From assembly GCA_002633005.1 (NCBI GenBank), contig NMRA01000090.1, positions 509,986-573,985 on the forward strand: a stretch of DNA of 64,000 nt. Reading direction: 5' to 3'. Below, in pieces: positions 43,201-52,946 of the stretch; the stretch's first letter is position 1, and every line of letters begins with the position of its first letter. The notes under the pieces are model-generated. The model made no database searches. It had not been told where the DNA came from and saw nothing but the letters and a program-made list of their open reading frames with translations. The DNA comes from Phoronis australis. Taxonomy: Eukaryota; Animalia; Phoronida. Both the position numbers and the translations under genes were made by a program.

Positions 43201-46200
43201 CATTCAGTAGCTACAATGGTACTGCCGCTTCGCCTAAGGTAAGTGCCAACTTTCGTAAATGTTTCTCAAAAATTCAATAATCCCATGTTGTATTCAAAAT
43301 TCTATGACAAGCACTATTCTACTTTAAAATCATTAGTCATGCGCAAAACTTGTTAGGGCCAACTCAATGCTTTCTTGTCTTCAGAAATCCGCGTTCGCAG
43401 ATTTTCAGTCAGTCAATGGCCCAGGCATTTCTGGACACAGAACGTAAGAGAAGCTAGAAAGCTCCTGTCATTTCACTCATAGTCAGAGGAGAGTGTCTCA
43501 GCACACTACTCGCAAGTCTGCAATTACTGACCATGCATTGCTGAGGAATGGTCTCCATCTTAGATAGGGATACCGATATAAATTACCAGGGCTGGGTTGC
43601 ATAATAACTTCAAAGGATAAGTTTCATTGTTGTATAAGGTCAGGTGCATTGCTTAGCAATAACGTGGCGCGTGATAATGCGACGTCATTGTTGCTATACA
43701 GCGTATAACTTTTATGCAAATTGGCCCACACTGATTTTTTCATAAAGCTGATAATTGCTGTATGAATTGCGACCATGGACAATGCCATCTTCACACTTCT
43801 TGTGTATTGAAATCTAATGAGGTCACACGCCCCAAGCTAACACAACATCAGTTTGACGCCAGAGGACCCGAAAATGTTTATAGGCACAGCATGCCAATTT
43901 TCGTAAGGGGAGAAGAGAGCCTAGCCACTCAGTGTGTCTACCAGGTGGATGAATTGATTTGGGGATTGCGTTTTCAGTTAAGAACTGTGGAGCACCAACG
44001 ACTAGCACAAATTCAAATGTGTCAATCACTTCAACTACGTACCGAGGAACAGCGTCTTATATGTGCGACACTGGATATGAACAGACTGGAGGAGACGCTA
44101 CGCGTACTTGTAACGCTGATGGAAAGTGGACTGGGACTGCTTTAGTGTGTACAAGTGAGTAAATTTCTCATTTTCTTTCAACTAACTACTGAATAGAGAT
44201 TTTGTAATACTTGCACCTGAGCAGGACCAGACGGCTTCCGTCAAATCGTCAAACAAGAAAACTCACTCGTGCACTTTGCTTCAGTAAAAGTATTTATTGA
44301 AGGCAAACGCGTTACGCAAAATTGTTATCGTTGGTTGCTTTTTCAGTCAAAAACTGTGGACAGCCGCAGATTAACGCTAATTCAACTGTCTCGAGCACTT
44401 CAACCACATACAAAGGAACAGCATCTTACGCATGTGACACTGGTTACGTACGAATTGGTGGAAATGCTACGCGAACCTGTGGCGCTGATGGAACGTGGAC
44501 TGGGGTTGCGTTAGTGTGTGCAGGTAAAGAAATTCGTTGGAGTGCCGATTGTGTACATGTGCGTTGCTTTTTTTCACCTGTGGTGAAAAGTGGTGATGAA
44601 ACAAGTCTGTGCTGTTGAGGTTATGTCTGCACTGTACTACAGTCCCTTATTAAAAAAAATCAATTCATGACTTTTACTCCGACAAAATCGTTCTCGTAAC
44701 ATGCACCACTTTATCAAGATTTCCTTGCCATGTAAAGTCACGGGCAATGATCCATTTATTTATTTATTTATTTAATATTGTGATATTTAAAATGAGGGTG
44801 GCCTCTTCAGTGATAGCACTGCTTTCCAAGAGGGCCCTCAAGCCATTTTCGGATTCTCAATTTTGGGGTTGGCTAACCTCAATAATGTCTGAACCGTTAT
44901 CTCAAGCCGTCGATTGTTTCGGTGTGCTTCTTTGTAATGAAAATAATACGTTCCTATCATCATGATGGTAAGGAATGTTAGGAAACGGTTTTATGAGAGC
45001 AAAACACCTACAGTAATACAAGTGTTGTTCTTAGCCAGATAAACAAAGCGTAACAACACATGTGCAACATGTTTCATCGTCAATTGTTCACGAATTAATT
45101 ATTATTAGATAAGCTAAATTTGCGAATGAAAAGGTAAAAACATTGCACTATTTCAGCATTACCTGCAACCATTCATAAGGCTTGGGAAAGCAGTGTTTCC
45201 AAGTGGGATATGTGTCCGCTTCCTTTACCCAATCGTGTGTTCGAGTTCCACCGATAGACTCTCGAGTCAAGTATACAGCTCCTCGGAAAATTTTAACTAC
45301 ATATTAATAAAGTATAGAAATGATTTCAGGTGATCAATGCAATGGGCCCATCTGACCGGCCTGAGCACGTCTAGTGCAACGTGTACAAGACTGCATGCAA
45401 TTGAAAGATAACATAAGGCTTCCAGATGTGAGCGCCCTACAAATCTTCATTCAGTCACGAACTGGTGTTTACCAATCACAGAAAAATTTCGATTTTCACA
45501 ATCACCTCACTGTTACTACTCACGACATTTATTTCAAGTCAGTCATTGGTTTATACTGTTTACTATCATCATGTACTTTATTAATGTGAGTTTAGTCTAT
45601 GACCTAATCCTGTTTTCCCCTTTCAGCCAAGACAACTTCTTTAACAATCCAAATATCCTTGAGCTTGGATTATCTAGATGTCTACAGTAACACTACTCAT
45701 CCAGACACACAGGAAATGATAAGCAAGTTAACGCTAACGGTAAGAAGCAATTCTCGAATTTAGGTTGCAAACTCACGAATACAACGGAATGAATATTGCA
45801 TGAACTCTTTTTAGCAGCTACTGGGGTTATCTCGAGGTATTCAACAAGGGGTTGGGAGACAAACGAGAAATTGCTTGGCGAAGGGGAAAGGCTGGCGTGA
45901 GTGGCAATCTGGAGATATTTTGCAATGAACAAGGGGACAAATGGAAATCAGACCTGATTTTCGATTGGCGGGTGGCGAGGGGGGGGTGCAATCCCTCTTT
46001 TGTGTCTCCCGGTGTACCCGGCTTAATGTGCTTTTCGACGTGACCATGTCATAATCACCTTCCGGGAAACCATACAGGGATTTCATTCTTTCTGAAAAAA
46101 TTAGCATTTAGTTTGATTTCGAAATCCTTGTCTTCAACTTCATTGCCACAGAATGGTACTGGTTGTAAACTTTCTTATTCGTATAAAACCTGTGCAAATT

Positions 46201-49200
46201 TAATTTTCAATTTTTGGAAAATGTTTAAATAATATTTTGTACCCGGAAACCCACAATTTGCAGGCCTTTCACTAACCTGTGAACCCCTGGGTAAAACTGT
46301 GACGTATGGAGTGTGGTTAGAAAGGGTCCAGCGGCCGAAACATGTTTTTACTGATTTAAATTGTGTGATTAAAATATTTTCAGTTGACTCTGCTATATGA
46401 AAACAGAGTGCCGAATTTTGTCGAAGTGAAGGTGTTGCGCCTTCGGTAAGTACCGGAATTTTGTAATGTTAAATTTGTGAATTAACAGCCATAAAAGTTA
46501 AAAAGTAGCCCTTCGTGTCGTTGTACTACAGGCCAACATCTATGACATGAGTGATTTTGATGGTCCTCAGTATGTGTTGGACCTCCTGTGCCACAGTAAT
46601 TGAGTGCCAAGTGTTTAGTTATCGGTGTTATACTTTGGGTTGACAGTTTTGTATTGAACTTTAATTAGCAGTTCAAAGTCGTTGTAAACCATGCCCTTTT
46701 GTCAAAATCATCTGATTCAACCTTCCACAGTCATCGCGTGCTTATCGTTCCCTCCAACTGAATTGGTTAGTAAATCCTTTGAAATTCCCCAGACGGCCAA
46801 GCTGTATGGGCCACAAAAATTAGCCCAACTCCTGACAAGCAACTTCGTGAGTCAGGTTTGAAACAATAACGAGCTTTCATTTGAACTCAAGCCCAGAAAT
46901 CCATTTCGTATCTGCGTAAGGACAAATATGGTACTATTATAACATTGATTGACCTAAACCCAGTTGATCTTTGGCAGAGAACACGTGTTTATTATCCATT
47001 TAAATGCTCAATCCCCATAGTCAACTTATGTGGTACACAAAATACTGAACTGTTTTTTTGTATTGAGAACACAAATTTTCCTATTATAGGTCATCAATTA
47101 TCGCGCGACTATAACTACATAGGCCTGCTTCGCCCTCTAAGAGAAAGTAACCAAATGTCTTCATCCATCTGACGCAATATAGGGGTTTTAAATGCAAATT
47201 TAATTGAAGATCTTCATTATCACGCATACACAAGTTATTTGTATTGTTGTTTAAGATCGGGTAGTGTTGTGGTTGATCACCTGGTGATCGTGGCCGGAGA
47301 TGTGCAGCCTGAACAGCAAGCGTCTCTCGTTAATTCAGCTGCTAACGCAATCTACAGTTCTGGGGGATCGCTTACTGTTGGCGGTCAAAATGTCACAGTT
47401 AACTCAGTAACCTACGGCAATGGGACAGGTGAGTATTTAACGGAGAAGGAAAGGAGTTGTTATTAAAGTTCAGATGTGTTTATTAATTTCAACGAGGGCG
47501 TTTAAGGTCTAAAGATCCCTTAGATGTCTTAAATTCGACATTTTTGGTTTTGTTTTTGATTTAAAAGGTGATTAGGCAATAAATTTGCTTTATTTTTCAC
47601 CATTTAAAAAACGGTGCTTGATGTTCTCTTTTGTTTCCCATTTGCGCTTACCAGTGTTCGACAAAACACATCAATCTTTTGAGATAAACGAGTTACATAA
47701 TCAATTCACAGTCTCGCTCTCCAGTTGTTGCTAGTTTACAGCGGAATCGCCGATTCGGTGTGCTGTTATCGTTCACTTCATGCGCACATACAAAACTCGG
47801 TAAAAGTGAAAACAAAAAATCGTAGGCCAATGACTGACCAACCAGACGGTCCACGGCAGGCTGAGATGACCAACTCTCAGCAGGAATAAGGTGCAAAATT
47901 GGCAAGTTGATTAGTCCATTATTTTATCGAATTAGTTAATCATCTGGCAAAACACCTGTCGGCATTCTCCTGCATATAATTTACAACTTCAGATAGTTTT
48001 ACTCAGTTTCAAAACCCTGCGACAATATTCCCGAACAGAATTGCATGACGCGTATATTGACTTACAAAATAGTTGACTAAATATGACCCACAACTACTGC
48101 TTAATACTTAGGTGTCTATTTTAACAAGTTTTTAGATTGTCAAGACACTGCTTAAGTTTGGGTGATTCAGCTGGCCGTGCTCTCGGTGGTATAATTTTAA
48201 GTGTCATCACCTGAGAGATATTGGTTATAAAACCATCTCTATTCCTCCTGTGTACAGCTCATTATGGAATATTGCTCTGGAATCTGTGGATTTCAAGATT
48301 TTCGTTGTTGTAATCGGTGTTTGAGCTTCAGCAAATACAAATGCCAGTTAATATGAAAATTTACTGGCCGGGGTACCAAGTTAACTTTTAACAGTTACTG
48401 GCCATGTGGCTAATCCACTGGCCCGGGATACCGTCGTTTATTTCGAACGCTGGATGTAGCTTTGTGCAAAACATAGTGGTGTCCATTGCTCAGCTCGTAT
48501 CGCTGCCACGAGACACGGGTTGGATTCCCCCCGAGACATAATCCTCAAATGAATATGGTTCGTCTGCGGAATACAATATTGTGCTTTAATTGTGGAAGAC
48601 TTACCATAAACGTTTTTGAATGGAACTATAACCAAAACAATTCAAATACATGTAGGTCCTCCGAGATAAAAGGAATGATTATCAACTCTTGTCAGTTAAA
48701 TCATACATTTGAATTCAAAGTTAAATGCAACATTACTGTTGTACAATGGAATCTTGGAGAATTTTAGGGGGGCCATGGGCCCTTTGGCCCCCTCTAAATA
48801 CGCCACTGGCACCTGTTAACCGTATTAGTCGGTCGAAGTTTTTTTGAAAAGAAAATGACAAAAATATCCTTTAGTCAGCTGCAAGATAGATCATGAACGT
48901 GAAAGACATGCTTTTTATAACAAATCTTTCTATTTAGTTCAAAAGGCGGTATGTTTAATGACACGTTTGTTTGCTTTGCTTTAATTTTCGTTCAATTTTT
49001 AGGGACACCTGTTCCAAGGTTTTGCATATTCCTTTGCAAGCAATCCACCGATTTCCAAAGTTATTTTTGTGTTAGTCGGTCAGTAAAGCCTAGAAGAGCA
49101 ATCGGGTTTCACGATTTTTCATTTGATTATTTGCGTTATCAACCATTTAAGTTAGGAAACTGGCTGACATTCCTACTTTTATAATGCCGAGAAACCAAGT

Positions 49201-52200
49201 TTTTAAAGCCAAAACCGAAGACAAACGTTCTTCGTAACTGTGATTCCCATATACAATATATCCATGTCGTATATACATGTATCTCGGCAATTTATAGTCG
49301 CAAAAATTAAAAAATCACTTTCGAAAACATTGCTATGTCATGTTTTATATTTCAAAGATTGGTTATCCTCCAAATGACTATTGAAATTTTTACAGAAAAG
49401 TATGTGAAAATCTTATTGATTGAAAATAGAGGGCACTAGGCAACACACAAAGCTGATATGTACATGTACATGTATGTCTAAAAACCAATGAGCTTAAACC
49501 CCAAGATGACAGTCATTTTTGCCACTTTACGTCACCATGGTCACGAAAAGCGTGTGGAATGATTCCAAGCAGGCCTCTTGTTTCGGTTTCCGAACACTAA
49601 GCAAGGGATGAAACTATAATACTGTCCCTTGTTTGATTGAGACTACGTTTCTGATTTCGTTTTTACAGGCTTTGGTTGCGCTGATGTTGGAGACTTTTGC
49701 CCAGAAAATCACGTGTGTGAGCAAACTGGAAATATACTCTCGTGCAAGTAAGTTTTGAAATCAGCCGGATATAGTTGATGAATGTCAGCCATTAGAAAAT
49801 CAGTCCATTGTGATTACATTGGCGACGTACGAACGTTGAACGCTATCCGTTGAACCTGCGTTATACGTGCATCTCCGCCATTTGGAAATGCAATGCCTCC
49901 TGTATACACAGGCGAAGCACGGTCACTTATCACTGCAGAGTTTGTCTCAAACTTTCAGGTTTCAAAATTGTCCTTACCATGACTCAGCTTGATATTTACT
50001 GTCATCAAGTGCATTTTCCTTTTTACTTAATACTTCACACAAGCAATAGAGCTGACCAAGTTAAGGAAGTACAATCACGTACATCAGGCAACTCAAATGA
50101 TATCCTTTTTGCACCATATTGCGTCATTACGAGAAAGCAAAGAACGGTGGAGAGTATTTTGCGGTACCCAAGGTAGAAATTTGTATCCGCCGCTGGAACT
50201 GAGGTATATGGCGTAGAACACCCATGTAGTTAATTATTTTTCGTGGCTAAAGATCGATTTCTCGCGGTGGTGCACACGAAAATCCGACAATGATAAAACC
50301 GTATATTACATTTGACAATCGGTGACTGCAGTGTGGTCATTGTAATGCTTACAATTGTAGGAACTAAATTTGCATGTTATTACCTTTCAAGTTTAAGGAA
50401 GGGGTTAAACAAAATTTGAAGCTACTTAGGAATGTTTAGTTGGAAAAACCGAGGTTGCGGATGAAGATGTGTGAGAGAAGGTATTGACGATGGTGGCGTG
50501 TTTGGGATGAGAGAGGGAAAGTAGTGGCTATGACGGGGAATTATAATAGTGGCAGTTATGACATGGCGATGGGAAAACTGGTGGGGATGGCTGACAGTGT
50601 GCTGGCATTAGCGACATGGTGCCAGAAGGGTACGTTGGTGTGCATGTTAGGGAGGTGATGACGATGTTGGGCAAGGAACGATAGTGATGATGGGTGATAA
50701 AGGTGGTGGCAGTGACGACATTGTTATGGGGAGGTTGGTGCCCGGAATGGCGGTGAGGTGTGACGATGATATGGGCAGGGAGTGGGTGGCGGTGATGGCA
50801 TGGTGAAAGAGAAGCTGGTGACAATTACTCGAAACGCATAATGAAATGTGGAGCTTCGACCTACTTCTTAAAATATTTTATGAAAACAGTCTTGGGCGAT
50901 ATACCATTTCTACGTTATCCACACCATAACTAATCATACCACTTACACATTTATGACAATCAAGTGTACCAGAAAGTAGATAACGTTTGTAAATTTACCA
51001 CAGTGGACACGTGTAGGCTTAGGCGGAAAAACATTGCTTTACTGGTATCGTCAAGAACAATTCGAGTGGGTCCTAAAGCATGCATTAATCCATTTCCTGC
51101 CAAGAAAACGAATTTTAACTTAGTCCTATTACCGTGTTTAAACTGTACTCAAATTGTTCCATAGTGAATTTATAAGTGGCTTCTGGACTTGGGAATTTCA
51201 TTATTGTTTTGACCCGTCCTGCCGCATAAAATGAGCATATTATAGTCTCGAGCCTGAACAAGCTGTCAATCCACTAATCACGATTCACTGTACACTGCAG
51301 TGTTTCCACTGATTACATTGCCTATTCTCCACACTAGGTGTTTGCCAGGCCGATCTTGTGACGACGGCCCACGACTCTCCGTCTATATTCCGATTGGAGT
51401 GGCGTCAGGCGTCGTGCTCGTGACTCTGGCAATCTTGGTCGCGTGCGTGTGTTACCGTGGCCGGAAGCAACAGAACAAGCCAGCAGTTGCGTAAGTCACA
51501 TTGGTGTTTAATATAGACGGCGGCTCTGCCTGAACCACACATGATGGTATCAAAATAGCAAACGAACTGTTAGTGTCACATCGATGAACATTTTACAGTA
51601 GTTCTAGTTTGTTACAGCATCGCATTTGATGGGATTCCTACATTATGGTGTTCAATCACTTGCTGTTAAGTTATACAGTAATCTCTGACTTGTTAAATTC
51701 ATCGTGATGACATAAGACAAAGGACAAGCGTCGTTCGATAATTTTGTTTATTCTCTCCAGAAACAGTGAAGCGTCCCTAACACGAAAATTCTACCCACAC
51801 TACCTTAATAACTGGAGAACTTTAATGGGAAGTGGCGACAAGGCTGAGAATGTGTCGTGGGACGGCGCGAGCGATATCACTCCGCATAGGACAAGAGCCC
51901 ATTCGGATATCTCTGGTAATAAGATGTCCTCCAACACCAATTTTCCCATTTATTAATCATTTCGAAGTGTTTTACAGAGTACCATTTATCAAGCTAAGTC
52001 CGTTTGCAATAATGCCGCCCTTTCTAATGACTGGGATCCGAAAAAGATTGATGATAAATAAGGCTATTGTGTAACATGTATCGAATTTCTGTCAGTTTTA
52101 GCTTTGTCACCTAATCTCCATTTTGTCGCAGTGTTGAACAAGTTCATTAACTAACAAACATCTGGGCTGAGTTGCATAAAGCTTCAAAAGTTATCCGCTG

Positions 52201-52747
52201 GATAAGTTTGATTTTTGCATGACGTCAGGTGCATGGTTCAATAATAACAACGTGCCTCGTGATAATCCAATGTCATTGTTGCTATACGGCATATAACTTT
52301 TATGCAACTGGGCCCTGGATCACTGGCTTATTCTGTTCGCTATTCATCGTGAAAATGCATTTTTTCTTCTTGTTCACATTTAAGTTTTGAAAGAAAAAAT
52401 AATTTTAATGTCTTTTTTTCCTTTTTGTTTGTGATTTTTGTTTTAAATTGTTGTAGATTCATCGCCCCAATTTGAAAGGAGGCCTGAGGTAGGTGTAATT
52501 GGACGCCCAGTATAACGGGTATTGTGAAGATCAACTTGTCAATCATGATATGACCACAACGGACAACAGAGCTATTGATTACTTTTTGGGAAAATAGGCC
52601 ATGTTTTGCAAGAGAACATCTTTTGCAGACATATAATCGGGAGTTTTTATTGCAAAACAATCCACAAACGCAACTTTTGGCTGTGTCAGCATGATCAGCG
52701 TGTATCAAAAGTCGACGCGCGCGCATGTGCGTACGTGTTTAAATGTA

Positions 52748-52785
<38 letters not shown>

Positions 52786-52946
52786 CAATAACAATAACAA
52801 ACTCAATTTTTGTACTATATGAATGTATGAGTGGGCACTATGGTATTTAGGTTATAGGTTAATAATCTGTCCAAATCATATAATAAACGTTATTTACAGG
52901 TTCCACCCCAGACTTTCTTGCCAAGATTACAGCGGCTAATGAGTGG
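2597..52946 (+). CDS. Giant multi-exon mucin-like type-I membrane protein (Sushi-LDLa-EGF-NIDO-AMOP-VWD-cadherin-like-cbEGF-Sushi-SEA-EGF-TM), MUC4/SUSD2-related; 5' end outside window
   Basis: About 55 exons with AG/GT boundaries and mutually compatible phases chain into one open frame, apart from N-gap-broken copies and the duplicated AMOP exon. Domain motifs were read from hand translations. The last exon(s) are uncertain. Confidence 0.9.
2795..2911 (+). pseudogene. Decayed Sushi exon relic (3' half)
   Basis: STCSANRIWTGNSVLCS followed by a gtaagt donor; the 5' part is broken. A paralogous relic lies at ~10775-10891. Confidence 0.6.
3500..5824. mobile_element. Degraded TIR DNA-transposon-like insertion with GTTACA/TGTAAC subterminal repeats
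   Basis: Absent from the paralogous intron (11514-12140). The right end (5715-5824, ...gttacggcgtatcag) matches 19720-19838, and 3501-3608 is the reverse complement of 19620-19735. Confidence 0.5.
5968..6144 (+). CDS. Sushi exon (177 nt)
   Basis: tttgcag|GAAAACCTTGT...AAGA|gtgagt; KPCGLP...YSCDPGY...ICEADGTWSGSALEC. Confidence 0.85.
6740..7110. repeat. Degenerate tandem repeat (tgtgatacacag / atcaca units)
   Basis: ctgtgatac, atcaca and gtgttaaaat/gtgttgaaat motifs recur at ~40-60 bp spacing. Confidence 0.5.
7472..7651 (+). CDS. Sushi exon (180 nt)
   Basis: ttgcag|GAAAACTTTGT...AAGA|gtgagt; KLCGLP...YTCDLGY...ICGANGLWSGSALEC. Confidence 0.85.
8745..8921 (+). CDS. Sushi exon (177 nt; not in ORF track)
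   Basis: ctctag|ACATATCGTGC...TCAA|gtaagt; ISCGSPGVNNHSSVSSQTNLFGDTAYYSCDTGYRPSGGAVNRTCDANGNWTGNALECS. Confidence 0.85.
9495..9671 (+). CDS. Sushi exon (177 nt)
   Basis: ttccag|AAGTAAGCTGT...ACAG|gtgagg; VSCGIP...YSCDSGY...TCGADGQWTGNALEC. Confidence 0.85.
10003..10245 (+). CDS. Exon encoding two LDL-receptor class A repeats
   Basis: ctacag|TTATTGG...TGTG|gtatgt; FRCNSGHCI..RCDGKQDCPDNSDE and FSCADGSNCIP..KCDGYSDCGDDSDE. Confidence 0.9.
10578..10742 (+). CDS. Sushi exon (165 nt), paralog of 2597-2761
   Basis: Near-identical to 2597-2761, including flanking introns. Confidence 0.85.
11620..12030. repeat. Degenerate ~21-bp minisatellite (ttgtcgttattca core)
   Basis: Repeated gtcgttattca variants. 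Confidence 0.65.
12269..12445 (+). pseudogene. Dead Sushi exon (paralog of 5968-6144)
   Basis: Acceptor cag>gag, second Cys TGC>AGC, in-frame TAG at 12367-12369. Confidence 0.85.
12898..13074 (+). CDS. Sushi exon type a
   Basis: ttgcag|GTATAAACTGT...TCAC|gtaagt; INCGLPDVN...ACDVGY...TCLSNTSWSGTALKC. Confidence 0.85.
13273..13449 (+). CDS. Sushi exon type b
   Basis: tttag|GAGTGAACTGT...TCAA|gtaagt; VNCGSPDVN...SCNEGY...SCQSDKSWSGSAIEC. Confidence 0.85.
13692..14938 (+). CDS. Gap-interrupted Sushi exons of types c and d (13692-13766, 14240-14288, 14692-14795, 14797-14938)
   Basis: Fragments near-identical to 16406-16582 and 17057-17233, broken by N at 13691, 14289 and 14796. Confidence 0.6.
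15137..15313 (+). CDS. Sushi exon type e
   Basis: tttcag|GAGTAAACTGC...TCAC|gtaagt. Confidence 0.85.
15631..15807 (+). CDS. Sushi exon type a'
   Basis: Paralog of 12898-13074 with canonical splice sites. Confidence 0.85.
16006..16182 (+). CDS. Sushi exon type b'
   Basis: Paralog of 13273-13449. Confidence 0.85.
16406..16582 (+). CDS. Sushi exon type c'
   Basis: cacag|GAGTAAGCTGC...GCAA|gtgagt. Confidence 0.85.
17057..17233 (+). CDS. Sushi exon type d'
   Basis: ctaaag|GAGAAAGCTGT...GCAA|gtaagt. Confidence 0.8.
17434..17610 (+). CDS. Sushi exon type e'
   Basis: Paralog of 15137-15313. Confidence 0.85.
17906..18082 (+). CDS. Sushi exon (a-like; not in ORF track)
   Basis: ttgcag|GTATAAGCTGC...TCAC|gtgagt; ISCGPPDVN...ACDVGY...TCLSNKSWNGTSLKC. 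Confidence 0.85.
18377..18556 (+). CDS. Divergent terminal Sushi exon (180 nt)
   Basis: ttatag|TTATCAAGTGC...CAAG|gtaaaa; IKCDPL...YSCLPGF...VQCQVGGSWNDSGLWC. Confidence 0.85.
19620..19838. mobile_element. End of a non-autonomous DNA element of the same family as 3500-5824
   Basis: gcaacgtaaaatgtaacaat...gaaattgttac...ggcgtatcag is shared with 5755-5824. Confidence 0.55.
20009..20122 (+). CDS. Notch-type calcium-binding EGF exon (not in ORF track)
   Basis: ttctag|AAATAAACGAATGC...ACTG|gtaaga; INECDSSPCLNGGKCKDLLQAYRCSCTLAWSGDRCET. Confidence 0.9.
21484..23539 (+). CDS. NIDO-region exons (21484-21608, 22618-22938, 23326-~23539)
   Basis: IARDGYIAF, LLAVFW, FSASWVLVVTW and FNYQAILITDSMKTFVRYNY match the NIDO pattern; phases 1-0, 0-0, 0-1. 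The donor of the third exon is less certain. Confidence 0.8.
22193..22250. repeat. (TA)n microsatellite
   Basis: Direct reading. Confidence 0.95.
23986..24557 (+). CDS. AMOP domain exons (23986-24233, 24350-24557)
   Basis: HCLQW...CPPDLFTAQTDRRY; SCCYGRDGALL...PYEACCLHSNNCDLFYKYRP...YRRPRR. Confidence 0.85.
25061..25942 (+). repeat. Near-identical tandem copy of 24178-25059 after an N join (probable uncollapsed haplotype; includes AMOP exon copy 25233-25440)
   Basis: Begins mid-exon right after N at 25060; differs only by SNPs and small indels. Confidence 0.8.
25984..29416 (+). CDS. VWD domain and following region exons (25984-26220, 27570-27683, 28727-28921, 29180-29416)
   Basis: GDPHVTSIDGKQFTFNGHGEFTLL; TKGLLGVLNGDLNDDFTYPNG; SW..LFLY; CGDNVECLFD; all phase 1. 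Confidence 0.9.
30235..31524 (+). CDS. Cadherin/Ig-like beta-sandwich plus start of an EGF-like unit (30235-30463, 31352-31524)
   Basis: APTLSG..VNVTVNETVEITITASDADGD...VKWTP...AFKATD...CVNG...CSCLTGWE; phase-2 junction is consistent. Confidence 0.75.
31775..38516 (+). CDS. EGF/cbEGF array exons (31775-31939, 32165-32293, 33191-33319, 35363-35485, 35771-35902, 36164-36418, 36731-36987, 37575-38193, 38397-38516)
   Basis: Repeated D(I/V)(D/N)EC...C.NT.GSY.C.C..GY consensus; splice phases are compatible. Confidence 0.9.
39033..39560. repeat. Purine-rich degenerate tandem repeat (gggaacataggga-like, ~17 bp), probably transposon-derived
   Basis: Many imperfect units; accounts for the Pro-rich spurious minus-strand ORFs. 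Confidence 0.8.
40494..40660. repeat. ~47-50 bp minisatellite with an N join
   Basis: ag(a/g)(c/a)tt(g/a)tgac(g/a)atg recurs four times; N at 40656. Confidence 0.6.
40702..40850. mobile_element. Palindromic (hairpin) non-autonomous element
   Basis: Arms of ~52 bp (40716-40767 and 40788-40840) are imperfect reverse complements. Confidence 0.6.
40954..44523 (+). CDS. Sushi array 2: eight 177-nt phase-1 exons (40954-41130, 41271-41447, 41595-41771, 41895-42071, 42211-42387, 42511-42687, 43978-44154, 44347-44523)
   Basis: KNC..P......TSTTY.G(T/K)ASY.CD.GY...GG...RTC.A.G.W.G..L.C with canonical AG/GT. Confidence 0.9.
42838..43012 (+). pseudogene. Sushi exon with both splice sites destroyed
   Basis: Acceptor catgtttcag deleted (gtttat-taagaattgc); donor gt>ct (GCAG|ctaatg); reading frame still open. 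Confidence 0.8.
43590..43726. mobile_element. PIF/Harbinger-like MITE (copy 1)
   Basis: TIRs ggctgggttgcataa / ttatgcaaattggcc; cag/cac flanks; homologous to 52165-52314. Confidence 0.7.
45627..47428 (+). CDS. SEA domain exons (45627-45739, 46384-46445, 47256-47428)
   Basis: LTLLYENRVPNFVEVKVLRLR|SGSVVVDHLV contains the SEA GSVVV motif; phases 1-0, 0-2, 2-1. Confidence 0.85.
48455..48575 (+). mobile_element. Possible tRNA-derived SINE remnant
   Basis: B-box-like gggttggattccc lies ~35 nt after an A-box-like tagtggt. Confidence 0.3.
48767..48809. mobile_element. Possible end of an hAT-like MITE (...tacgccactg)
   Basis: GC-rich hairpin followed by the reverse complement of CAGTGGCGTA; partner end not found. 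Confidence 0.3.
49669..49747 (+). CDS. Juxtamembrane EGF-like exon (not in ORF track)
   Basis: ttacag|GCTTTGGTTGC...TGCAA|gtaagt; GCADVGDFCPENHVCEQTGNILSCK. Confidence 0.8.
50470..50820. repeat. GGT/GAT-rich low-complexity tract
   Basis: Degenerate gtgacgatg/ggtggtggc repeats. Confidence 0.6.
51338..51490 (+). CDS. Transmembrane exon
   Basis: cactag|GTGT...TTGC|gtaagt; VYIPIGVASGVVLVTLAILVACVCY followed by a basic RGRK stop-transfer. Confidence 0.9.
51761..52946 (+). CDS. Cytoplasmic tail exons (51761-51915, or read-through to stop 51956; 52900-52946)
   Basis: ctccag|AAAC...TCTG|gtaata; ttacag|GTTCC...GTGG|gtaagc is open in phase 1. Confidence 0.65.
52165..52314. mobile_element. PIF/Harbinger-like MITE (copy 2) with CTG target-site duplication
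   Basis: ctg|ggctgagttgcataaa ... tttatgcaactgggcc|ctg. Confidence 0.8.
52749..52781. repeat. (TACA)n microsatellite
   Basis: Direct reading. Confidence 0.9.

Noticed and set aside
40954-44523. Regularly spaced repeats resembling a CRISPR array or prokaryotic cassette system
   Set aside because: The repeats are spliceosomal Sushi exons and introns; there are no cas genes and the context is eukaryotic
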